DNA of 45,872 nucleotides from Octopus bimaculoides (taxonomy: Eukaryota): contig NC_068996.1 in NCBI RefSeq assembly GCF_001194135.2, positions 35,599,319 through 35,645,190 of the forward strand. Reading direction: 5' to 3'. Both the position numbers and the translations under genes were made by a program. Below are positions 37,271 through 45,872 of this stretch, in pieces (positions within the stretch are counted from its first letter, which is position 1; each line of letters starts with the position of its first letter). A model generated the notes under the pieces. The model worked only from the letters and a program-made list of their open reading frames with translations, ran no database searches and was not told the origin of the DNA.

Positions 37271-38931
37271 TTAATGACTTGCTCATTGTTACCACTAGCA
37301 ATGCTCACTCCTATACAGTTTAAAATACCCTTCACTCATTAGAACATCATCTCACACATTCTCACACAGCATCAAGTAGACATCATATGCATACAACTGA
37401 AGGACCTTACATGAAACCTACACCACCTGCATGAACAAACATCTTCAAAAACATTTTCCAGTGGAGACAAGACTATCTCATCTCTATGGCAATGCATGCT
37501 ATTACTGTAAATTTCTATAGTTTTGGACAATACACTCAGACTTAAAAAACTTCCATGTATATTTGGAAACACAATTTCTTGCTGCCACATACACATAGGC
37601 CCATCGTCAAACTTTGGTGCATGGGGGTGCTTCAGAATATTCAGGGTGAGCACTAATTTATATTGTGGGAAAATTTTTGTAAACTGTATATTCTAAATCT
37701 GAAGGTGCACCATTGAATAGTGAGGGGGAAGTGCCGTCCATTGCACCTCTTTAGTGATGGGCATGTTAGTCAGACTTCAAGAAGTGTATTGCAGGAAGAT
37801 TTTTGTAAATTGTATTGTCTAAATCTGTGGGTGTACCATTGAATAGTGAGGGGGTAGTGCCATCCTTTGCACCCTGCCTCCTTAGTGACAAGCATGCATT
37901 CATTTTAAAATTAAGACTACATCTCCAAAGAGTGGCATCCAGAAAATACTGCAGTCATGGTCAGCAACTGACTCTCTTGTGTAACATCCACAAAGGAGTA
38001 TTGTTGAGATATCTATGACCATGTTGCCGATACTCATCCAGACATCCTAAATTCACTATGGATCACAACACAGGCATTCTAGACCCACAAAGCAGTACTG
38101 CTGACATGATGCTACTCTAGACTATATCTAAAACAAAGCTCTACACTGTCTCCTCTTTCTACCTTTTTCACCACTACTACAACAACCTCTGTTTCTTTGA
38201 ACCAGCTGGTTGTCCACTATCTTCACCTTACTTTGTATGTATTTCCTTCCCTCATCATTTCTACTGCACCTTTCTCCATCTTAGGCCTTGCTATAAACAA
38301 CCACCACAGTCTCATTACTATATTTTTGATGAAATATACTTTCTTTGTTTCAATTAAGTTTTAAAATAATTTAAAATTTAGTAAAATAATTTTGTCATTA
38401 TTAAACTTGTGTTTGGAATTTCATTAGCATGAAATTTTGATGGAAGATTTTAGACCACTTTAAAACAGGATGTTTGTGTCCTAGAACCAGGGGCAGTTTC
38501 AGGTGGGTTGGTAACAAAAGGGCTAACACTTCCTTCCTATAGTGACATTTCTCTGAACTTTATTTCCTGTTCATTATTTTCCTGTAAGCATTGATTTACA
38601 GATGTACAGTTTGTACAGTCAATCTCATCAATCTTGGTGGAAGGCCCCTGAAGGTCATAAGACTTCCCCCTTCCTCTTGTCTCAACCATAGAAATATATT
38701 TATTTTCATGTGCCCTGCAGACCGTCACAATCTTTTCTTTTATGTTTTAACAGTAAATACTATCCATTCTGTGATAATACAGTTCTGTATTGTATTAGCT
38801 TTCCGTCTTTCGGAGTCAATAAATTAAGTACCAGTTGATCACTAGGGTGGATGTAGTCAACTAGTTCCTGCCCACAAAATTTCAGTCGTCCTCATGCCTA
38901 TGGTAGAAATGATTGTTATTTTATTATTAAT

Positions 38932-39150
38932 AGGGCAGCAAGCTGGCAGAATTGTTAGCACTTTGTGTGAAATGCTCAGCAGTATTTTGTCTGTCTTTAC
39001 ATTCTGAGTTCAAATTCTGCTCAGGTCAACTTTGCCTTTCATCCTTTCAGGGTTGATAACATAAGTACCAGTTGAACATTGGGGTCGATGTAATCGACTC
39101 ATCCCCTTCCCATCAAAAATTGCTGCCCGTGTGGCAAAATTTGAAACCAT
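38932..39150 (+). mobile_element. SINE family A
   Basis: Same head and core. Confidence 0.82.
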
Positions 39151-39210
39151 CATCATCATTATTATTATTACTATCATTGTCATTATTATTATTATTGTTA
39201 TTAGTATTGT

Positions 39211-39450
39211 GGAGGCGCGTGGCTTAGTGGTTAGGGTGTCAGCATCATGATCGTAAGATTGTGGTTTCGATTCCTGGACCGGGCGACGCATTGTGTTCTT
39301 GAGCAAACCACTTCATTTCACGTTGCTCCAGTCCACTCAGGTGATAAAAATGAGTAATGCTGCGATGGACTGGTGTCCTGTCCAGCTGTAGAACACATAT
39401 ACCATGGAAACCGGGCCCGTGAGCCTGGCTAGGCTTTAAAAGGGCGCATT
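39211..39450 (+). mobile_element. tRNA-derived SINE family C (young), followed by an (ATT)n tail
   Basis: A box TGGCTTAGTGG, B box GGTTTCGATTCC, gtgttcttgagcaa core, ctgcgatggactggtgtcctgtccag segment. Confidence 0.82.
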
Positions 39451-39464
39451 TATTATTTGTTATA

Positions 39465-39526
<62 letters not shown>

Positions 39527-39551
39527 CATCATCATCTCCTTCTTCTTCTAG

Positions 39552-39622
39552 GTGTCCAGTTGGACAAAACTGTGTGAATTAGAATTTCCTGAAGCGATAA
39601 TGTCAGTAATTACTCAAGGGAG
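39552..39622 (+). CDS. GSTCD: GSTCD coding exon (71 nt, VSSWTKLCELEFPEAIMSVITQG+2 nt)
   Basis: tcttcttctag|GTG...GAG|gtaaga, phase 0/2. Matches GSTCD VSQWTRLCELTIPLAI. Confidence 0.87.
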
Positions 39623-40499
39623 GTAAGAATAATTTATGAATTATTGAAAGCCGACATGAAAATGCTGATGTCCCTCACTTACCCATTCATTTGTTTTCCT
39701 TAGAATGAAATTCCAGTGGACCATTTGATTCAACTGACACCTTTTATTTTCAATGTTGTTTTCTAGTTCTTTCATTAAATGAATTTAAATTCATAGCACC
39801 AACATTGGTGTGGTTTTTCAGTCCTCTACAAAACAAAAGAGTCTTTTCTGCTCTTCATTTTCTCCATGTGATACCAATGTGACTAAGTCGGTGAATAGAA
39901 AAAAGAGTGATAACCCAACAGGTGAAGGAAGAGTAAGTAGGAGTATGAAAAGTCAAAACAGTACTAAAAGTAAGAGGATAGTAGGAGAGGGAGTAATGGA
40001 AGAGACACAGTGATAGGCAGTTACATGTTGGTTATTGGTAAAGTTGAATACAAAAACAATGTAGATGACATGATGGAATGGTAATAAAGGAGAGTGATGG
40101 TGACAGAGAGTGATAAAAAAGGGGCATGGGAATGGGAGTAGTAGATGTAGGGAGTACATGAGGTGGACAAAAGAATGATTAGTGGTGCTGAAGGATGATG
40201 GTAGGGGATACTGAATATTGGTCATAACAGATGCCATTCCTTGTTACACAGGTATCATGATGGAAGAAAGGTAAAGTGATAGATGGTGATGATGGACGAC
40301 AAAGTGACAGCAAAGTTACAGTGACATAAACATGCCTACACCAGTTGTTGAGCAGTGGTGGGCAACAAACATGGACACAAAGACACATACACAGATATAT
40401 ACATGATGGACTTCTTTCAGTTTCCATCTAACAAATCCACTCACAGGTAACATAATAAAGTGAATAGAAGAAGGGTAAGTGATGGATGAGAGAATAAGA

Positions 40500-40647
40500 A
40501 ACGGGTCAGTAAAATTTTAACAGCGAGTGACTGGAGCAACATGAAATAAAGTGTCTTGCTCAAGGACACAACACACAGCCCGGTCTGAGTATCGAACTCA
40601 CTACCTCATGATTGTGAGTCTGACACTTTAACCACTGAGCCATACAC
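40500..40647 (-). mobile_element. tRNA-derived SINE related to family C
   Basis: Reverse complement reads tggctcagtggttaaagtgtcagactcacaatcatgaggtagtgagttcgatactc..gtccttgagcaagacact. Confidence 0.75.
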
Positions 40648-40648
40648 C

Positions 40649-40685
<37 letters not shown>

Positions 40686-40686
40686 T

Positions 40687-40733
<47 letters not shown>

Positions 40734-40754
40734 ATACATATATATATATATAAT

Positions 40755-41120
40755 CTTTTTCTTGTTTCAGTCATTAGATTTCCGCCATACTGGGATGAAC
40801 GAATTGATCCCAGTACTTATTCTCTTGCTAAGCCTGGTACTTATTCTATCAGTATCTTTTGTTGAACCACTATGTTACAGGGACATAAACACACCAACAC
40901 CAGTTGTCAAGCAGTGGTGGGTGACAAACATGGACACAAAGACACATACACACATAGATATATATGATGGGCTTCTTTCAGTTTCCATCTACCAAGTTCA
41001 CTCACAAGGCTTTGGTCAGCCTGAGGTTATAGTAGAAGACACTTGCCTAAAGTGCCATGCAGTGGGACTGAACCCAGAAGCATGTGGTTGGGAAATAAGC
41101 TTCTTACCACATAGCCACAC
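40755..41120 (-). mobile_element. SINE family B
   Basis: Family B core and tail in reverse orientation. Confidence 0.8.
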
Positions 41121-41149
41121 CTACACCTAAATATATGTGTGTGTGTCTA

Positions 41150-41162
41150 TATCATCATCATT

Positions 41163-41227
<65 letters not shown>

Positions 41228-41420
41228 TTAACATCTGTTTTCCATGCTGGCATGGGTTGAATGGTTTGACCAGAGCTAGCAAGTAGGAAAGATGCATGAA
41301 GTTCCATTCTGATTTGGCTTGGTTTCCACGCTGGATGCTCTTCCTAATGCCAACTACTATTGGCATTAGCTCTTTATTGGCTGGAAGCTCTTTACATGGT
41401 GCTGGCATGGAAGCCTGTTT
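41150..41420 (-). mobile_element. RTE LINE 3' end fragment with expanded (CAT)n tail
   Basis: tttaacatctgttttccatgctggcatgggttg..ctggatgctcttcctaatgccaac. Confidence 0.75.
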
Positions 41421-41554
41421 TGTGCCACCAACAAAGGGCTCTTGCAGGCAAATCCTCTTCAGCAGGGGTGGTGGTGGTGGTGGTGGGGTAGCACTAACAC
41501 TTCAGCTACGGAGGATGGGTCTTTTTGAATACACCATGGTGCCAAATATCTTAG

Positions 41555-41712
41555 TCAGGCTGGCAGAAATGTTAGCACACCGGGCGAAATGCTTAGCGGT
41601 ATTTTGTCTGTCTTTACGTTCTGAGTTCAAATTCCGCTGAGATTGACTTTGCCTTTCATCCTTTTGGGGTCGATTAAATAAGTACCAGTTACACACTGGG
41701 GTTGATGTAATC
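41555..41712 (+). mobile_element. SINE family A (3' truncated)
   Basis: Same head and core. Confidence 0.8.
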
Positions 41713-42644
41713 TTAGTCCTTTGTCATCCTTCAGTACTTCATCCCATGTCTACACATACATATATGTGTAGTATGTGTTTGTATGTGTGTGCATTTTGTC
41801 TCTGCATGTTTTTGTACTGACACTCCTTGGGCAGCATTTATATTTGTTTATGTTTTGCATAAACAATATGTTCAGCAATTTGGTAGTATAAAGACTTGGA
41901 ATATAGTATCTTATTTTTAAAGTAGCAAGGGTTGGCATCAGTAAGAGAATCCATCTTTCATAAAGCACGACACTCAAAATCCTATGGTATGTTCATTTAA
42001 TTATTTCACTTCTACTGTCAATTAGATTGTGGGCAACATCTATTTTTATATTAATATGGAAGATGTGTGGAGAATTGAGAGAAAAAAAAACACAAGCATT
42101 GTTTTTGTTGTCTATTCTATATGAATACTATAGATTACACAAGATTGTTATGCTATCTCTGAAGATTTGACAATACAATCATAAGATTTTTCCTTATATA
42201 ACTGGAATTTTTCATTGTTAATGAAATGGACGTAAGCTGTTTCACATATATATATATATAGAGAGAGTTTTTCATATTTTCATTGGTTTATTTCATTGGT
42301 TTATTTCATTGGTTTCCAGAATATGAATTGTTTCTTTTTCTCTTTTCCTCTTTTCTTGTCTGAGAAGTTCAGCTGTTTCAAACAGCTACTTAAATACGAA
42401 TAGCTATAGATACACAGGTAGATTTATAATCTACATAGGTTTTTAACCCTCTTGATGGTTGAAAATTGAATAAAATAGAATAAAGTAAAGTAAGATAAAT
42501 AAGATAAGAATGAAGACAAAATTGAAAAAATAAATGAAAATAGATTAAGAATATTTTCCCCTTTCTTTGTCATATGTTTTCCCTATCATCACACCCTATG
42601 ACTAAAGAAAATTGTATGTAATGTGTTAACCCCCATCAGTTTTC

Positions 42645-42710
42645 CAGTCACAACTTACCTGAAGATCCTGTGCACCTTCAGGTGAAACTCATCAGAGTTG
42701 CAAGAGACTG
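42645..42710 (+). ncRNA. Type I hammerhead ribozyme fold with full stem III
   Basis: CTGAAGA (42659-65); stem II CCTG/CAGG; GAAA (42684-87); stem III ACTC-atca-GAGT; GUU triplet; stem I cttac/gcaag plus cagtc/gactg; AATAAA about 10 nt downstream. Confidence 0.75.
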
Positions 42711-42734
42711 ACTCACCTGAAATAAAAATAGGTG

Positions 42735-43038
42735 CAAGCATGGTTGTGTGGTAAGAAGCTTGCTTCTCAACCACATGGTTCTAGATTCAGTCCTACTGTG
42801 TGGAACATTGGGCAAGTGCCTTCTGCTGTATTTTCAGGCTGACCAAAGCATTGTGAGTGGATTTGGTAGGTGGAAACTGAAAGAAGCTCTTCGTATATAC
42901 GTATATATATATATATGTATATATATANNNNNNNNNNNNNNNNNNNNNNNNNNNNNNNNNNNNNNNNNNNNNNNNNNNNNNNNNNNNNNNNNNNNNNNNN
43001 NNNNNNNNNNNNNNNNNNNNNNNNNNNNNNNNNNNNNN

Positions 43039-43072
<34 letters not shown>

Positions 43073-43330
43073 AAAATTCACAAAAAAAAAACAAAAGATG
43101 AAGACAGGTGGTGTAGACAACATATATATATTATCTGTTGGTGGGGTGTCTTTGAGCCTGCATTTGTCCCCTCTACCCACTACTTGGAGGCTTGTGTTGG
43201 TGTGTTTACGTCTGGGTAACTTAGCGGTTCAGCTAAAGTGACCAATAGAATAACTACGGGGTTCATTTCATTTGACTAAAAATTCTTCAGCATGGCCACA
43301 GCCTAATGGCTGAACCAAATAAAAGATAAA
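42735..43330 (+). mobile_element. SINE family B spanning an assembly gap
   Basis: Head at 42735-42890, tail at 43140-43330. Confidence 0.65.
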
Positions 43331-43769
43331 AGGTATAAAACTCTACCATGGTATTGAGTACTCTTTCTTTTTCTGATAGTTAATGCTAAACATATACATA
43401 CTTACATGCCTAGATGTACACATACATTTGGTGTGTACACTTTTGTGTGTGTGTATGTATGTATGCGTGTGTGTGTATGTATGTATGCATGTGTGTGTGT
43501 GTGTGTGTGCACGTGTGTGCTTGTATCAGTTGGTCAGATAGCAAGCTGTGCTATTTAGTTTTACTAAACACAGTATTGACATGTTGCACAATAGACTTAA
43601 CACCTGGAGAAATATTGATCCCATGGCAGATATCACTGGGATCAATATTGCCATGAGAGACATGTGAATCATTGTTAAGTTGTGTACCTTTAAGCATGTA
43701 ACTTATTTCCATTTTTTATTCATGTAAGTTATATGCTATATACAATTGAGGCAGTATCTAATAAAAATT

Positions 43770-43970
43770 ACGGGCGAAATGCTTAGCGGTATTTCGTCTA
43801 CCGCTATGTTCTGAGTTCAAATTCCGCCGAGGTCGACTTTGCCTTTCATCCTTTTGGGGTCGATTAAATAAGTACCAGTTACGCACTGGGGTCGGTATAA
43901 TCGACTTAATCCGTTTGTCTGTCCTTGTTTGTCCCCTCTGTGTGTAGCCCCTTGTGGGCAGTAAAGAAAT
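43770..43970 (+). mobile_element. SINE family A (young, CpGs retained)
   Basis: gggcgaaatgcttagcggtatttcgtc..ccgccgaggtcgac. Confidence 0.85.
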
Positions 43971-43971
43971 A

Positions 43972-44128
43972 ACACAGTTGATAAGACAGTTACTATGGTA
44001 TTTGTCCTAAGATAACATCTCTTTATGGACTTGTCTCTCTCTGATATTTATTGTTTTTAACACAGCAAGTCTATCGGAGATGTTATCTCAGGTCAAATAC
44101 TGTGGTAGCTGGGCTATCGACAGTGTGT
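43972..44128. repeat. Fold-back/MITE-like element of about 157 bp
   Basis: gtatttgtcctaagataacatctc / gagatgttatctcaggtcaaatac arms. Confidence 0.8.
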
Positions 44129-44150
44129 ATTCATTAAGTATGGCACATGG

Positions 44151-44189
<39 letters not shown>

Positions 44190-44312
44190 TATATAGACAT
44201 ATATAGATGATGATATATATACACATATATATAATAAATTACGTAATAACCTTCTCCAACTATAGTTCTCATATTCGGTTAAAATGTCTTACGTTTAAGC
44301 TGGTTCCCATGC

Positions 44313-44399
44313 ATTTCCCTGAAGACAAGATTACATTTTTAACATCGCTGATTCCTATGGAAGGTATAATTTGTAATCTTCGAAACATATGTTGGAAAT
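44313..44399 (+). ncRNA. Type I hammerhead ribozyme, minimal stem III, long stem II
   Basis: ATTTCC CTGAAGA c AAGATTACA...TGTAATCTT c GAAA CATATGT T GGAAAT: 6-bp stem I, 9-bp stem II, palindromic ACATATGT, GUU triplet, overlapping AATAAA. Confidence 0.87.
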
Positions 44400-44562
44400 A
44401 AAAGTATGCAGTTAACATATGCGTTTTACTCCATTCANNNNNNNNNNNNNNNNNNNNNNNNNNNNNNNNNNNNNNNNNNNNNNNNNNNNNNNNNNNNNNN
44501 NNNNNNNNNNNNNNNNNNNNNNNNNNNNNNNNNNNNNNNNNNNNNTATATATATATATATAT

Positions 44563-44998
44563 AGGCGTGGCTGTGTGGTAAGAAGCTTGCTTCCCATCTA
44601 CATGCTTCTGGGTTCAGTCCACTGCATGGCACCTTGGTCAAGTGTCTTCTACTACAGCCTCAGGTCGACCAAAGCCTTGTGAGTAGATTTGGTAGACAGA
44701 AACTGAAAGAAGCCCATTGTGGTATCTATCTATCTATCTATCTATCTATATATATATATATATATATATTTATGTATGTGTGTCTTTGTGTCTGTGTTTG
44801 TCCCCTCACCTTTGCTTGACAAGTGATGTTGGTGTGTTTATCTCCCTGTAACTTAGCAGTTTGGCAAAAGAAACTGACAGAATAAGTACTAGGCCTATAA
44901 AGAATAAATCCTGGGGTCGACTTCTTTGACCAAAAGCCTTTAAGGTGGTGCTCCAGCATGCCCACAGTCAAATGACTGAAACATGTAAAAGAATAAAA
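44563..44998 (+). mobile_element. SINE family B, full length
   Basis: ggcgtggctgtgtggtaagaagcttgcttccc...aaatgactgaaacatg. Confidence 0.85.
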
Positions 44999-45029
44999 GT
45001 ATATATATGTATATATGTATGTGTACCAT

Positions 45030-45435
45030 ATGGTTTTTGGGTTCAGTCTCACTGCGTAGCACCTTGGGCAAGTTTCTTCTGCTATAGCCTCAGGCCGACT
45101 GAAGCCTTGTGATTGAATTTGGTAGGTTGAAGTTTCTGTTGTGTGTGTACATGTATAAGTGCTTGTGCTTCCTAACAGGGAGGAGAGGAATAAAAAATAT
45201 GTATGTACATGTTTGTGTGTGTGTGTGTGTTTGTCTGTGTGTATGTTTGTATGTGTTTTTCCCCCACAACACCACTTAACAACTGGTGTTGGTGTGTTTA
45301 TGTCCTCATAACTTAGCACTTTGGCAAAAGAGATCGCTAGAATATGTATCAGGCTTAAAAGAAAAAGAACTAAAATTCTTTGAGACAGTGCTCCAACATG
45401 GCCACAGTCTAATGACTGAAACAAGTAAAAGATAA
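45030..45435 (+). mobile_element. SINE family B (decayed)
   Basis: gggttcagtctcactgcgtagcaccttgggcaag; tail atggccacagtctaatgactgaaac. Confidence 0.7.
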
Positions 45436-45463
45436 AAGATTTATATATATATATAAATACATA

Positions 45464-45872
45464 CAGGGGTTGGACAAAATAATGGGAACACCTTAAAATT
45501 TCAAACAAATTTAATTTAAAAATGAGGTTGGACTGCCTTTGGCAGTAATTACAGCTTGAATTCTATGAGGTATGGACTTGTACAAAGTTTGAATTATTTC
45601 CAAAGGAATTTTTGTCCATTCTTCAGCTAAAACAGTCTCCAGTTCTTGTAGTGATGATGGTGGAGGATATCGACTCCTTACTTGTTTTTCTAAATTGCAC
45701 CATAAATGTTCAATAATATTGTGATCTGGGGACTGTGGTGGCCAGATAAGATGTTCAACTTCACTAGAATGTTCCTCGTGCCATTCAGTTACAACTTTAG
45801 CAGTGTGAATTGGTGCATTATCATCCTGAAAGATTGCGTTTCCCTTTGGAAATAGTTCCACAACCATAGGAT
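45464..45872 (-). mobile_element. Tc1-type transposon 3' part (transposase C-terminus 45511-45867), runs off the window
   Basis: IFQDDNAPIHTAK...WPPQSPDHNIIEHLW; terminal TA|CAGGGGTTGGACAAAATAATGGGAACACC at 45464. Confidence 0.92.

Larger units (their letters stand above)
2626..44545. other. Assembly gaps: 2626-3319, 4683-5175, 8501-8642, 16543-17494, 18505-18988, 22237-22336, 42928-43038, 44438-44545
   Basis: Runs of N. All long X-containing ORFs in the track are artefacts of these gaps. Confidence 0.99.

Noticed and set aside
39211-39285. tRNA gene
   Set aside because: The tRNA-like head continues into a SINE body and tail and has no intact acceptor stem.
39704-39766. ttttccttag|AATGAAATTCCAGTGGAC (NEIPVDHLIQL) as the next GSTCD exon
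   Set aside because: The phase does not fit the strong AG|gtaaga donor, it hits a stop in frame, and there is no good downstream donor.
43245-43295. Minus-strand CTGAAGA-attt..aaat-GAAA
   Set aside because: It lies within a deleted SINE B tail and has no stem I; likely chance.

Overview
Eukaryotic, AT-rich, microsatellite-dense draft-assembly window with 8 N-gaps. The SINE/RTE repertoire resembles a cephalopod (Octopus-like) genome; this is inference from repeat content. The only recognisable cellular gene is GSTCD on the + strand, seen as three coding exons: 29491-29853, 32040-32075 and 39552-39622. The gene continues beyond the window. The rest is mostly decayed mobile DNA: a Penelope-like element (RT + GIY-YIG), two RTE LINE bodies plus several RTE 3' tails, a CR1-type endonuclease fragment, four Tc1/mariner fragments, TTAA-flanked MITEs, fold-back elements and about 25 tRNA-derived SINE copies. 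A CpG-retaining, promoter-like domain lies at about 3.3-7.5 kb. The most striking observation is a set of type I hammerhead ribozyme folds: four with complete catalytic cores and one decayed. All four complete ones have a pyrimidine-pyrimidine mismatch at position 10.1/11.1, and two are sense to the putative GSTCD pre-mRNA. Both RTE bodies also carry a C4HC3 PHD-type finger between the RT core and thumb. All assignments were made by eye; repeat boundaries are approximate.
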